A stretch of 32,000 nucleotides of DNA from Candidatus Saccharimonadota bacterium (lineage in GTDB: Bacteria > Bacteroidota > Bacteroidia > Cytophagales > Amoebophilaceae): contig NZ_CP022339.1 in NCBI RefSeq assembly GCF_003351905.1, forward strand, positions 930,001-962,000, in the 5' to 3' direction. A model generated the notes under the pieces. The model did no database searches. It saw only the letters and a list, made by a program, of their open reading frames with translations, and was not told where the DNA came from. Positions 7,622-16,912 of this stretch are shown piece by piece (position 1 is the first letter of the stretch; each line of letters starts with the position of its first letter). The translations under genes were made by a program, and so were the position numbers.

Positions 7622-9388
7622 ATGAAAAAATTACCGATTGGTGTTAGTAACTTTCGAGAGTTAGTAAAAGGAGATTATCTCTTTTGTGATAAAACAGCTA
7701 TGATTGCTGATTTCCTAAGAAAAGGGGAGAAGGTTACACTAATCGCCCGTCCTCGCCGTTGGGGTAAGACGTTAAATATGTCTATGTTGCAGCATTTTTT
7801 TTCAGCAGAAGTGAATGGAGTGAGTACAGAAGGCTTATTTGATGAGTTAGGAATTGGCAAGTTAGATGATGGTAACCACATTGATCAACATCAAGGTAAG
7901 TACCCTGTCATTATGCTAAGTTTTAAGGATATCAATTCAGATAGTTTTCAAGGGGCCTACAATGCGGTGTATGAGTTGATATTAGAGGTATATAGTACAT
8001 ATGCCTACTTATTGCATAGCCATGCAATTAATGAAATACAGTTAGGGCAATTACATACTATCCTTAATAAGCAAGCTAATCAGCAAGCATTAGAAGCATC
8101 TTTAAAGCTTCTTAGCCAATGCCTTTACCAACACCATGGTCAAAAAGTCTATATTCTAATAGATGAATACGACACCCCACTAAACAAAGCTTATGGCAAT
8201 AAGGAATACTTAGATACTATGGTCGCATTTATGCGTAACCTATTTAGTGCTGGTTTAAAAGATAATAATTACTTAGCAAGGGGCGTTTTAACGGGTATAT
8301 TACGTGTTTCAAAGGATAGTATGCTATCTGGATTGAATAATCTAGAGACCTATACCTTGCTAGATGAAGAATATAGCGCGCACTTTGGATTTAGTGAAAC
8401 GGAAGTTTCCTGTTTATTTGAAGAACATGGTCTTAGTACTGCTATGGAAGAAGTGAAAAGTTGGTACAATGGTTATAGGGTAGGTAATTTAGTCATGTAC
8501 AACCCTTGGTCTATTATTTCTTGTATCAATAAATCAGGTCGTTTTGATGTCTATTGGGTTAATACGGGTAATAATAACTTAATCGAACACAAGGTGCTTA
8601 CTGCTCATTCTGAAATCAAAGAACAATTCGAGCAGTTGATGCGTGGAGAATCTTTAGATATATCTATCAACAAACATCTTGCTTTTAATATTTTAGATAA
8701 AGATGATACATCTTTTTGGAGCCTTTTGTTATTTGCTGGTTATTTGACTTTTGAAACAAGTAATTTAAGTGCTTATACTACAGTATATGATTGTAAAGTA
8801 AGGGTCCCCAACTATGAAATATGGCGACTCTATAGTACATTTTTTCAAGAATGGTTCGTCTCTCAGTTTGAGAGAAAGCGGCAATATGATTCTTTCTTGA
8901 AACATTTGGTAGCTGGTGAAGTTCCTTTTTTTGTAGAACAGCTTAGCGACTTTTTACGTCGCAGTGTGAGCTATTTTGATACAAAAGCAAGTAGCACATC
9001 AGAAGGCTTTTACCATGGCTTTGTCTTAGGGATGTTAGCAAGTTTGGGTATTACCCATTATATACGCTCCAATCGAGAAAGTGGTTTAGGTCGTTATGAT
9101 CTGCTGTTAATCCCTAAAAAAGAAGGTTTAAAAGCGCTTCTATTAGAATTTAAGCAGGTTCGCAAAGAAGAAGAGCTAGAAAGTGGAGCTAAACTTGCTT
9201 TAAATCAAATACAAACACAAGCCTATCATACCGAAATACTACAATATTCGCATGTAAAAGAAGTAGTGGAATGCGGTATTTCTTTTTCAGGAAAATCGGT
9301 ATTAGCGGCTTATGCTATTTATGATTTAGTTTGTAAAAAGTATGGCGATCTTATTTTAACGAGTAGATATGGACAGGGAGAGGTGTAA
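7622..9388 (+). CDS. AAA-ATPase-like / PD-(D/E)XK nuclease family protein (DUF1703-type)
   Basis: The N-terminus MKKLPIGVSNFRELVKGDYLFCDKT...ARPRRWGKTLNMSML is typical of the predicted AAA-ATPase family. ILIDEYDTP is a Walker-B-like motif. The C-terminal GRYDLLLIP...ALLLEFK is a D...ExK nuclease motif. The ATG at 7622 is preferred over the ORF-track start at 7556. Confidence 0.85.
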   Translation: MKKLPIGVSNFRELVKGDYLFCDKTAMIADFLRKGEKVTLIARPRRWGKTLNMSMLQHFFSAEVNGVSTEGLFDELGIGKLDDGNHIDQHQGKYPVIMLSFKDINSDSFQGAYNAVYELILEVYSTYAYLLHSHAINEIQLGQLHTILNKQANQQALEASLKLLSQCLYQHHGQKVYILIDEYDTPLNKAYGNKEYLDTMVAFMRNLFSAGLKDNNYLARGVLTGILRVSKDSMLSGLNNLETYTLLDEEYSAHFGFSETEVSCLFEEHGLSTAMEEVKSWYNGYRVGNLVMYNPWSIISCINKSGRFDVYWVNTGNNNLIEHKVLTAHSEIKEQFEQLMRGESLDISINKHLAFNILDKDDTSFWSLLLFAGYLTFETSNLSAYTTVYDCKVRVPNYEIWRLYSTFFQEWFVSQFERKRQYDSFLKHLVAGEVPFFVEQLSDFLRRSVSYFDTKASSTSEGFYHGFVLGMLASLGITHYIRSNRESGLGRYDLLLIPKKEGLKALLLEFKQVRKEEELESGAKLALNQIQTQAYHTEILQYSHVKEVVECGISFSGKSVLAAYAIYDLVCKKYGDLILTSRYGQGEV

Positions 9389-9558
9389 GCATAGCCTATT
9401 TTCCCTCTTGTTTGTGCAGTGTTCCATTTCGGGCAAGATACCTATATAAGGTAGATCTAGGACCATGGGGCGTAAATTGACAGAAAGTTACGGTTTCATC
9501 CGAAAATTCCCATAGGTTGATTTTTCAAACCGTAACGCTCTGGTTACATTTTGAGGCC

Positions 9559-9720
9559 GTTGCAATAGAAAATCAAGTTTGTATAAAACAAACGAAATCT
9601 CCGCCTAATAGTTACTCTTAAGTATTAATAAGTACATAAATAATAATATTTTTAGTGCAATGGTATTACAAATACGTCCGAATTATTATCTAAAACCCTT
9701 TAAAATTTTCTATTGCAACA
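9559..9720. repeat. Element of about 160 bp bounded by perfect 15-bp inverted repeats (possible second MITE type)
   Basis: gttgcaatagaaaat at 9559-9573 and its exact reverse complement attttctattgcaac at 9706-9720. The interior is AT-rich and non-coding. I saw no obvious target-site duplication. Confidence 0.4.
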
Positions 9721-9932
9721 CCTTCATTTCGATAAATCTCACAGATAGCTATGTTCTTCAATAAAATATGTACCATTTGGTAGTACATGTTTGTATGAAA
9801 GTAATGATATATGGGAGAGCGCATCTGGACTGATTTTTTCTCCTTCTAAGAATCTGTTACCTTTTTGTGATTGGGTAAAGTAAGAGTTTTTACGGTATAC
9901 CCACGTAGTGTCTGATTTGTCTTTCAGCTAGG

Positions 9933-12794
9933 TTATTGGTTAGTGAGATATTTTCCATGTTTTAAGATCTGTGTAGCTTCTATTTCTTTGTAGGTAAAGT
10001 TATGATTTTCTGGAAGTTTTCCAGATACAGAGAGGGCAAGTCGTTTCCGATTTGCCCTGGATAGAAATTGGTTGGCATATTCTACAAATTGATCGTAAGT
10101 GAGTTTTTTTGCCGCTTGCATCCTCTTTTCTAGCCAATTAAAGTCTCCATTACGTTCAAAGGCAAAGGTATCTAACCAAGCCGATTTATCTTGTAGGTTA
10201 GGAAATAGATTTTCTAGGGTCAGCAGATAGTTTGCTCTAATTTTTTCAAATCGTTCAGCAGAAATATCATGGGGCATCTCTTGAAGAAAATCTTCTAAAA
10301 AGAGCTCAAATCGATAGAGCAGATCTTGGCATTGATGCGAATTGGATTGTACACCAAAACATTGAAATAGTCTCTTTTCTATCTCTTGATGCAAACTTTG
10401 GACAATATATCCTGTTTTTTGCTTGGTCCGTAGGGTTGTAAAAAATGCTTCTTGTAAAGCTATGGAAAGAATGCCTTGTGCTGCTTGTTTTTCAAAGGAA
10501 AAAGGTCCTTGGTCAATCGTTAAGATGATGCCATTCCCTTGTGCTGTAGTCTTTTCCTCTACTACAAAAGGGCCCTGATCAGCAAGGCAAAGCACCTCTT
10601 CTTTTGGATGAAGATGCTTTGGAAAAGCAGCATAACCTAGAATATGTTGCATATCCAACCAGCATCTTTTTGCCTCTTGCCTAGTCAAGTTCCCTGAGAA
10701 AAAGCCTTCAATATAACTCTTTTCAAAAAGTTTGGAATGGAATGATAGAAAATCTTCATAAGTAAGCCTATGAAGTGCTGTTAATTTTTCCTTTGAGGTA
10801 CTGTTTGTTTTTTGAAGCAAACTACACAGTTTTTCGATAGCCTGTTGTATTGGCAATTGCTTTGCTGCATTTTCGTAAATCTTAGAAAGTTTAGAAATAT
10901 AGAGATCAAAGTCTCTTTTTTGGGGAGTATGATGCTTTAATTCTTTTAAAATTTCTTTAAGCAGAACGGCGGCTTTATCGCTAAATCCCGAAATAGTGAT
11001 TTTAAAACTGTTCCGAGCATGGCCAAAATTGGCTTCTAAACCTGCTGCTGCTGCACAAGAAAGGATAGGAGAGAGTTTATCTTTACTAAACTGAAGATAA
11101 AGATCCATTAAGCTGGCACTCTGTGCGGTCCCATCAATAAGCGGACTCTTGATATGCATCAAGTGCACTACTTCCGGCGTATCATAGAGATTGTCTTTGA
11201 AATAAAAAACTTTACCTTTTTTATTATCAACTATTTTTACTGGCGCTAGCTCTTTATGTTTTGGAAGCAGTGCTAACTTGGAAGGCATAAAGGGGTTCGG
11301 TTGGGGTAGCGCAATATGTGGATTAGGCGCAATCGTTTTCCACGATAATAGGAGTGCTTCAGGTACTTTGCGAACTGCATAGGCACCTCCCATCCATTTT
11401 TCTTTTTGATCGGTTGCCACTTTTGTTTTTTTAGAATCGGCTACAATATAGTATTGGCCATTTTCAGGTTGTAAAACCTGTAAAAGAGATTGGAATTTTT
11501 CAGATCTATAGGAACTGGGTAGTACAGTTTTTGCTGGATAAGTGGCAAGGGATTCATATAGAAGATCCCTAGCGTGGTCCATAACAAATGCAAAAGGATC
11601 TTTCCGGGTTTGATATTGATAAGAGCGTTTAGATACCTTACGCATTTCTTCAAAAAGGTAAGTAGGAAGCTGCATATTTCTTAGACCAGCTAATGTTTCA
11701 AAACAACGTTGCATCACAAGTGGCATTTGTGCTACGCCTTGGTCTGTTAAGGTTATATCTATTTCGAACAAAGCATTATGATGCCCTATTTTACCTGTCG
11801 AAGCTTGAAGATTTTCAGCTAGTCCTTCTTTTTTTAGGATTTCTAAAAGACTATTTTTTTGTCCTTGATTGATGGTATAAGCAAGGAGCTCTGCTGTCTT
11901 TGTTTCATCCACTGCAAATGAAGCAGGAAGCTCCCAGTCTAGATATAGATGCTGAATATTCTTGACAGGCTGAATATAGATAAAGTGGCCCAGCTGTTGG
12001 TCAGAAGATAAAGGTTTGTTTATTGTAAAAGGTTCAACTTTTCTATTTGGAATCTCAGAAAAAGTATCGGTAATGAGTTTTTTTAATGTATCTATAGGTT
12101 TAGGGGAATAGACCACGAGCTTCATTAGGTTAGCGCTGTAGTTTTCTTGGTACCATTTACGGAGTTCGTCTTGAGGAATCTTAGAAAGTGTTTGCGCATT
12201 GCCTATCGAAAACCATCGGTTGGGATGATCAGGATTGCCTAATTCTTTACAAATCATATATCTGCGCCATGCATCATTTTCAATATTTTTCGCATATTCT
12301 TGCTCGACTGCCTGCAATTCTCTTGCCACAGATGATGGGTTAAAAAGAGGGTCTATAAAAAAATGGGAAAAATAATCGATCGCTTGATCGAAAGATGGAT
12401 GGTGAATGGAAAATGAATAGACCGTATGATCTGAAGCAGTATACGCATTACATTCTCCTCCATTATCTTTTATAAAACGATCGAAAGCATCCTCATCTGG
12501 ATATTTTTTAGTTCCCATAAACAACATATGTTCGAGAAAATGGGCCGTTCCAGGATATGCTTCTGGATCTTGCCAAGAACCAGTTTTTATGCTTAAAGCT
12601 GCTGCTGATTGATCGGCCAGTTCATCGGAAATTAAATAGACCTCCAGGCCATTATTTAAGCAAAGCTTTGCTGTTTTTCGCTTTTGTAAGGAAGGATTAA
12701 GCAAAGGAAGGTTAGATTTATCTTGGATAATTTGGTAAGGTTCATTGGCCAAGGCAGAAGTATACATAAAAAGAGATAAAAGGATTTTTTTCAT
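9933..12794 (-). CDS. Secreted M16 (insulinase/pitrilysin-like) zinc peptidase
   Basis: Signal peptide MKKILLSLFMYTSALA, inverted zinc motif HFLEHMLFMGT (HxxEH) and downstream ECNAYT. The length of about 950 aa is typical of four-domain pitrilysin/IDE-type enzymes. Confidence 0.88.
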   Translation of the reverse strand: MKKILLSLFMYTSALANEPYQIIQDKSNLPLLNPSLQKRKTAKLCLNNGLEVYLISDELADQSAAALSIKTGSWQDPEAYPGTAHFLEHMLFMGTKKYPDEDAFDRFIKDNGGECNAYTASDHTVYSFSIHHPSFDQAIDYFSHFFIDPLFNPSSVARELQAVEQEYAKNIENDAWRRYMICKELGNPDHPNRWFSIGNAQTLSKIPQDELRKWYQENYSANLMKLVVYSPKPIDTLKKLITDTFSEIPNRKVEPFTINKPLSSDQQLGHFIYIQPVKNIQHLYLDWELPASFAVDETKTAELLAYTINQGQKNSLLEILKKEGLAENLQASTGKIGHHNALFEIDITLTDQGVAQMPLVMQRCFETLAGLRNMQLPTYLFEEMRKVSKRSYQYQTRKDPFAFVMDHARDLLYESLATYPAKTVLPSSYRSEKFQSLLQVLQPENGQYYIVADSKKTKVATDQKEKWMGGAYAVRKVPEALLLSWKTIAPNPHIALPQPNPFMPSKLALLPKHKELAPVKIVDNKKGKVFYFKDNLYDTPEVVHLMHIKSPLIDGTAQSASLMDLYLQFSKDKLSPILSCAAAAGLEANFGHARNSFKITISGFSDKAAVLLKEILKELKHHTPQKRDFDLYISKLSKIYENAAKQLPIQQAIEKLCSLLQKTNSTSKEKLTALHRLTYEDFLSFHSKLFEKSYIEGFFSGNLTRQEAKRCWLDMQHILGYAAFPKHLHPKEEVLCLADQGPFVVEEKTTAQGNGIILTIDQGPFSFEKQAAQGILSIALQEAFFTTLRTKQKTGYIVQSLHQEIEKRLFQCFGVQSNSHQCQDLLYRFELFLEDFLQEMPHDISAERFEKIRANYLLTLENLFPNLQDKSAWLDTFAFERNGDFNWLEKRMQAAKKLTYDQFVEYANQFLSRANRKRLALSVSGKLPENHNFTYKEIEATQILKHGKYLTNQ

Positions 12795-12940
12795 TATAGG
12801 TCAATGGTTAAATAGAAATTAGTTGAAGCTAAGACAGGTTCGTAAGCTTAAATAAAGATACAAAATTTCTAGATAAGCAGTATTCTTGATGTTATAGATT
12901 GATTGTATCAAAATATCAGATTTACAAGAGGTTTTCTTCG

Positions 12941-13072
12941 CTATATCTACCCGTTAGCACTATTTCAACAGCTTTTTACCAACCAGATCATAACTAACAT
13001 AAGCCGCCAATACCGATTTTTCAGAAAAAGCAATACCGCATTCCACTACTTCTTTTACATGAAGGTATTGTA
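12941..13072 (-). pseudogene. Decayed C-terminal fragment of a second AAA-ATPase/PD-(D/E)XK paralog
   Basis: 13032-13061 is a perfect 30-nt reverse-complement match to 9251-9280, and the flanks align with 9230-9380. It translates to HVKEVVECGIAFSEKSVLAAYVSYDLVGKKLLK*, against HVKEVVECGISFSGKSVLAAYAIYDLVCKKYGDL in the intact gene. There is an in-frame stop just upstream. Weaker similarity extends to about 12905-13170. Confidence 0.75.
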
Positions 13073-13332
13073 ACAACCTCTACAAATCACACACACTAGA
13101 TGATCTATCTACTCGCCTTTAAATCCCTTAAAAAATTTCAATAACTTAAGGTTTACAATTAACTTTATAGACATTATTTTGGTATCTAGGCTATCATTTA
13201 GTATTTAGATGGTGACTTGATGGTATATCTTCCTGAATAGCGTGCAGGATCGTATAAAAATAGTATAATGGCATTGCGTATGGTTGAGATGCTTCCTTTT
13301 TGCTTATACTTGTTAATAAATATGTTGTATGA

Positions 13333-14130
13333 ATGATTATGCTAATTGCTAAGCGCTCGCATTTGCTAGGGATATTGTTTAGGTCGTTGGTATGGTTGGT
13401 GGTGCCCATTGCCCATCTCTTTGCAGAAAAAGTAGAAAAACCCACAAAAGTAGCAAAAACAAAAAAAAACCAAAAAGTAGACGAAGTAAAACAAGCAGCA
13501 AAAGAAGAAAAAGTAGAAAAGGCACTTGAAATTCTAGAGCGAACCTCTGCCTATTACCAAGAACTAGAGAACTTTAGTGCGACTTATCGTGTAACCATTA
13601 AATATCCAGAAGAAGATATGGTGCGGTATGATAAAATGCACATCACGGCTAGAGGACAACAATATAGGCTATCCTATGACCAAAAAGAGACGATAACCGA
13701 TGGAGAAACCGTTTGGGTATATCATCAAGCACTTAAAGAAGTGACCATTAGCGAATATGATAAAACAGGTTCCGATTTGAATTTTGCTGAACTATATAAT
13801 CTCTATCAACAAGGGTATCGATCGGTTTATATAGGAGAACGTATCGTGCATAAAGCCAAAAATATAATACGCGATATTGTTGAGTTAACGCCTGATCATG
13901 AGGATAGCAGTTTTAAAAGCATTACCCTGGAAGTGGACCGTGCTACCGCACAAATTCATAGCTGGGAAGTAGTACAAAACGAAGAAACAAGGTATATTTG
14001 TACAGTTTGTAAATTTGCTGTTAACATTCCCCTGTCGGATGCCTATTTTACATTTGATGTAGAGGCGCATGGCGACTTAGAGGTTATAGATCTACGGGAA
14101 AGTGAAGAAGAGATGGAAGATGAAGGGTAG
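13333..14130 (+). CDS. LolA-like outer-membrane lipoprotein carrier family protein
   Basis: Signal peptide (LVWLVVPIAHLFA), a K/E-rich linker, then a beta-rich body with the LolA-like pattern (F.A.Y...I......YRL.YD....ITDG...W.Y.....EV...) and an acidic tail. The call is by pattern only. Confidence 0.6.
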   Translation: MIMLIAKRSHLLGILFRSLVWLVVPIAHLFAEKVEKPTKVAKTKKNQKVDEVKQAAKEEKVEKALEILERTSAYYQELENFSATYRVTIKYPEEDMVRYDKMHITARGQQYRLSYDQKETITDGETVWVYHQALKEVTISEYDKTGSDLNFAELYNLYQQGYRSVYIGERIVHKAKNIIRDIVELTPDHEDSSFKSITLEVDRATAQIHSWEVVQNEETRYICTVCKFAVNIPLSDAYFTFDVEAHGDLEVIDLRESEEEMEDEG

Positions 14131-14221
14131 GTGATCCCTTTGTTGCGTCCATCCAGGTTAAGGGCTGGTGGTAGGTTGATGAGATTAAACAATAGCTTTC
14201 TTTCGAAATAATTTACCATTT

Positions 14222-14782
14222 ATGGAAACCATTCAACACCATTTAGATGAAGCTGAGCGCAGCATGGATAAGGCGTATAGCCATGCACAAGAGGCTTTTG
14301 CAAAAATTAATGCGGGACGCGCACTCCCTACCATGTTACACCATTTGATGGTGACCTATTATGGGAATCCTACGCCACTCCATCAAGTAGCTGCTATTAC
14401 TACCGCTGATGCACGTACTTTGGCCGTGCAACCATGGGAACAAAATACCATTCCCCATATCGAAAAAGCGATTGCGGAAAGTCAGCTGGGGTTTTCGACT
14501 AGAAATGATGGGCGTACGGTTGTGGTTACCCTGCCGCCTCCCTCTGAAGAAAGACGCAAGAATTTAGTAAAACTCATTAAAGGTGAAGCAGAAAAAGCCA
14601 GAGTGGTGATTCGAAACCTTCGCCGTGACTACAAAGAAATGGTCAAGGCAACGCAAAAAGAGGGTATCCCAGAAGAGGCGATCAAGCGGGCAGAAAAGAA
14701 ATTACAAGAGCTGACAGATGGCTATATTGATAAAATCAACCATCTTTTAACCTTAAAGGAGGCAGATGTGATGGCTGTATAG
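14222..14782 (+). CDS. frr: Ribosome recycling factor
   Basis: 186 aa with RRF hallmarks (FAKINAGRALPTML, LPPPSEERRKNLVK, IRNLRRD). Confidence 0.93.
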   Translation: METIQHHLDEAERSMDKAYSHAQEAFAKINAGRALPTMLHHLMVTYYGNPTPLHQVAAITTADARTLAVQPWEQNTIPHIEKAIAESQLGFSTRNDGRTVVVTLPPPSEERRKNLVKLIKGEAEKARVVIRNLRRDYKEMVKATQKEGIPEEAIKRAEKKLQELTDGYIDKINHLLTLKEADVMAV

Positions 14783-14868
14783 TCCGTATCGGGAATTATG
14801 GGGGTAGTTTTCAAGTAACCCAGTGCAACCGCCATCCGATTTATTTTACACTAACCAGACAATAGATA

Positions 14869-15615
14869 ATGCTCACGATAGCTGATTTACATGTAAGCGT
14901 AGGTGATAAAAATGTGCTGAAGGGTATTAACCTTCAAGTAAATGCAGGTCAAGTACATGCCATTATGGGGCCCAATGGGGCAGGAAAAAGCAGCTTAGCG
15001 GCTGTTTTAGCTGGTAAAGCTGGCTATGAAGTGACCAAAGGGTGTATCATGTTCCATGGTCAGGATCTATTGCAGCTAGCGCCAGAGGCTAGGGCTGCAC
15101 TTGGTCTGTTTTTAGCCTTTCAATATCCAGTTGAAATCCCAGGCGTATCGACCACTAATTTTTTGAAAACAGCGCTCAACCAGATCAGAAAACAGAGGGA
15201 CTTGTCTCCTTTAGATGCCGTTTCGTTTTTGGAACGTCTAAAAGAAAAACGCGAGCTGTTGCGCATGGATCATGCCTTGGTACAGCGTTCGCTCAATGAA
15301 GGCTTTTCAGGCGGCGAAAAAAAAAGAAATGAAATGTTGCAAATGGCTGTCTTAGATCCTTCTTTGTCCATTTTGGATGAGACGGATTCTGGTCTGGATA
15401 TTGATGCTTTAACGATTGTATCACAAGCCATTAATCAGTTGCGTCGGGCAACCAATGCGATGGTATTGATTACCCATTACCAAAGGCTATTGGATCATGT
15501 GGTGCCAGATGTGGTGCATATTCTCTATGATGGGAAAATTATACAATCCGGCGATGCGACACTGGCTAAGCGGTTGGAAAAAGAAGGGTATGCGTGGATT
15601 ACACAACTGCATTGA
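14869..15615 (+). CDS. sufC: Fe-S cluster assembly ATPase SufC
   Basis: Walker A GPNGAGKSS, ABC signature FSGGEKKR, Walker B LSILDETDSGLD, H-loop ITHY. Confidence 0.93.
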   Translation: MLTIADLHVSVGDKNVLKGINLQVNAGQVHAIMGPNGAGKSSLAAVLAGKAGYEVTKGCIMFHGQDLLQLAPEARAALGLFLAFQYPVEIPGVSTTNFLKTALNQIRKQRDLSPLDAVSFLERLKEKRELLRMDHALVQRSLNEGFSGGEKKRNEMLQMAVLDPSLSILDETDSGLDIDALTIVSQAINQLRRATNAMVLITHYQRLLDHVVPDVVHILYDGKIIQSGDATLAKRLEKEGYAWITQLH

Positions 15616-16877
15616 TGATGGCATTTACAAATTGGTTGGCAGAGGCCTTTAAAACCTTTTCTGTTACAGATTCTTTCTATACAGAACGCCTATGGGCATT
15701 TAATAAATTGAACCAGCCTGCTTTTATAGCGGGCCAAAAAGAAGACTATAGCAACCTGCGTGCCCTCCTTGCCTTATTGACGCGTGAGGCCTACCATTTT
15801 ACACGGCCCATGCAGTACGCGCTACCGGTAGAAGGGCGTGGATATACTACCCAGGCCATTACCTTTACTTTTATCAATGGCATATGGTTGCCATCTGATA
15901 ATGGCCATCAGGGTATTCGGTTGCGTAAGTTAGCAGATTTATCCCTGCTGGAACAAAAAGAGGTGTTGGCCACCTATATAGCTGATACCGAAGCCAGTGA
16001 TGATCTTTTTGTGCTATTGAATAGGTTCTTGGCGCAAGAAAGCTATCTACTGGAAGTTACAGAAGGCAGCCATCAAGTGATTGCCTTACAACATATGATT
16101 ACTGATCTGGGGGGGCATATCGTGCCTCAGCTGCTGGTTAAGGTAGGCAAGGCTAGTCAAGTAACCATAATAGAACAGTGGCATAGTGGACCAGTGCAAC
16201 CTTTTGTTAACCATTTTACCCATGTGCTTCTAGAAGAAGCGGCACATTTGTCTTACTACACCTTGTATATGGATGCATCATCGTGTAGCCAAGTCAATAC
16301 CCTTTATTGCAACCAAATGGATCATAGTACCTTTACCCACCATACTTTTATCTTTGGAGGAGCTATGTTGCGTATGCATATTAGGTCTCACATCAATGGC
16401 AGCCACGCCCATGCTGGCCTATATGGGCTCTCTACCCTTGCTGCAACAGAACAAGTAACGCAGCAGATCCAAGTGGTCCATAGTGCACCCCATAGCCTCA
16501 GCAAACAACATTACAAATCCATCTTAGGCGGTCAGTCAACCGACCGCTTTAGCGGTAAAATTTACCTCACACCTGCCGCACAAAAAACCAATGCCTATCA
16601 AACCAATAATGCGTTGCTTCTATCTGATGCGGCCCACCATTATGTCAAACCACAGTTGGAAATTTATGCGGATGATGTGAAATGTTCCCATGGTGCAACA
16701 ACAGGCCAGTTGGATGAAGCACAACTATTCTACTTGCAAACACGTGGCATAGCCGCTCCCTTAGCCAAAAGATTACTACTAGAAGCTTTTGGTAGCGAAA
16801 TAATTGACGCTGTGGGGACAGCCACCCTGCAAGCCTATTTATACGATCAGCTCGTAGCAAAGCTTGTAAAATTGTAG
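15615..16877 (+). CDS. sufD: Fe-S cluster assembly protein SufD
   Basis: C-terminal SufB/D beta-helix signature (PQLEIYADDVKCSHGATTGQLDEAQLFYLQTRG). The ATG at 15615 overlaps the sufC TGA by 1 nt. The ORF-track start at 15594 is an alternative. Confidence 0.88.
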   Translation: MMAFTNWLAEAFKTFSVTDSFYTERLWAFNKLNQPAFIAGQKEDYSNLRALLALLTREAYHFTRPMQYALPVEGRGYTTQAITFTFINGIWLPSDNGHQGIRLRKLADLSLLEQKEVLATYIADTEASDDLFVLLNRFLAQESYLLEVTEGSHQVIALQHMITDLGGHIVPQLLVKVGKASQVTIIEQWHSGPVQPFVNHFTHVLLEEAAHLSYYTLYMDASSCSQVNTLYCNQMDHSTFTHHTFIFGGAMLRMHIRSHINGSHAHAGLYGLSTLAATEQVTQQIQVVHSAPHSLSKQHYKSILGGQSTDRFSGKIYLTPAAQKTNAYQTNNALLLSDAAHHYVKPQLEIYADDVKCSHGATTGQLDEAQLFYLQTRGIAAPLAKRLLLEAFGSEIIDAVGTATLQAYLYDQLVAKLVKL

Positions 16878-16912
16878 TATCTTCGGCCTATTAACCTAGT
16901 CAATCGCTACTG

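Noticed and set aside
9559-9720. Possibility that GTTGCAATAGAAAAT... is a CRISPR repeat
   Set aside because: There are only two copies and they are in inverted, not direct, orientation. There is no regular repeat-spacer periodicity and there are no cas genes in the window.
9745-9918. Stop-free minus-strand frame of about 57 codons (…DTTWVYRKNSYFTQSQKGNRFLEGEKISPDALSHISLLSYKHVLPNGTYFIEEHSYL*)
   Set aside because: It has no start codon and no family I can recognise. It is possibly the tail of a degraded gene, mentioned under the accessory-islet finding but not called as a feature.
13194-13445. 83-aa minus-strand ORF overlapping the start of the LolA-like gene. Similar cases are 18561-18788, 21515-21754, 27414-27599, 28839-29027 and 30210-30440.
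   Set aside because: These are short, span intergenic DNA and gene ends, have no motifs, and conflict with well-supported neighbours.
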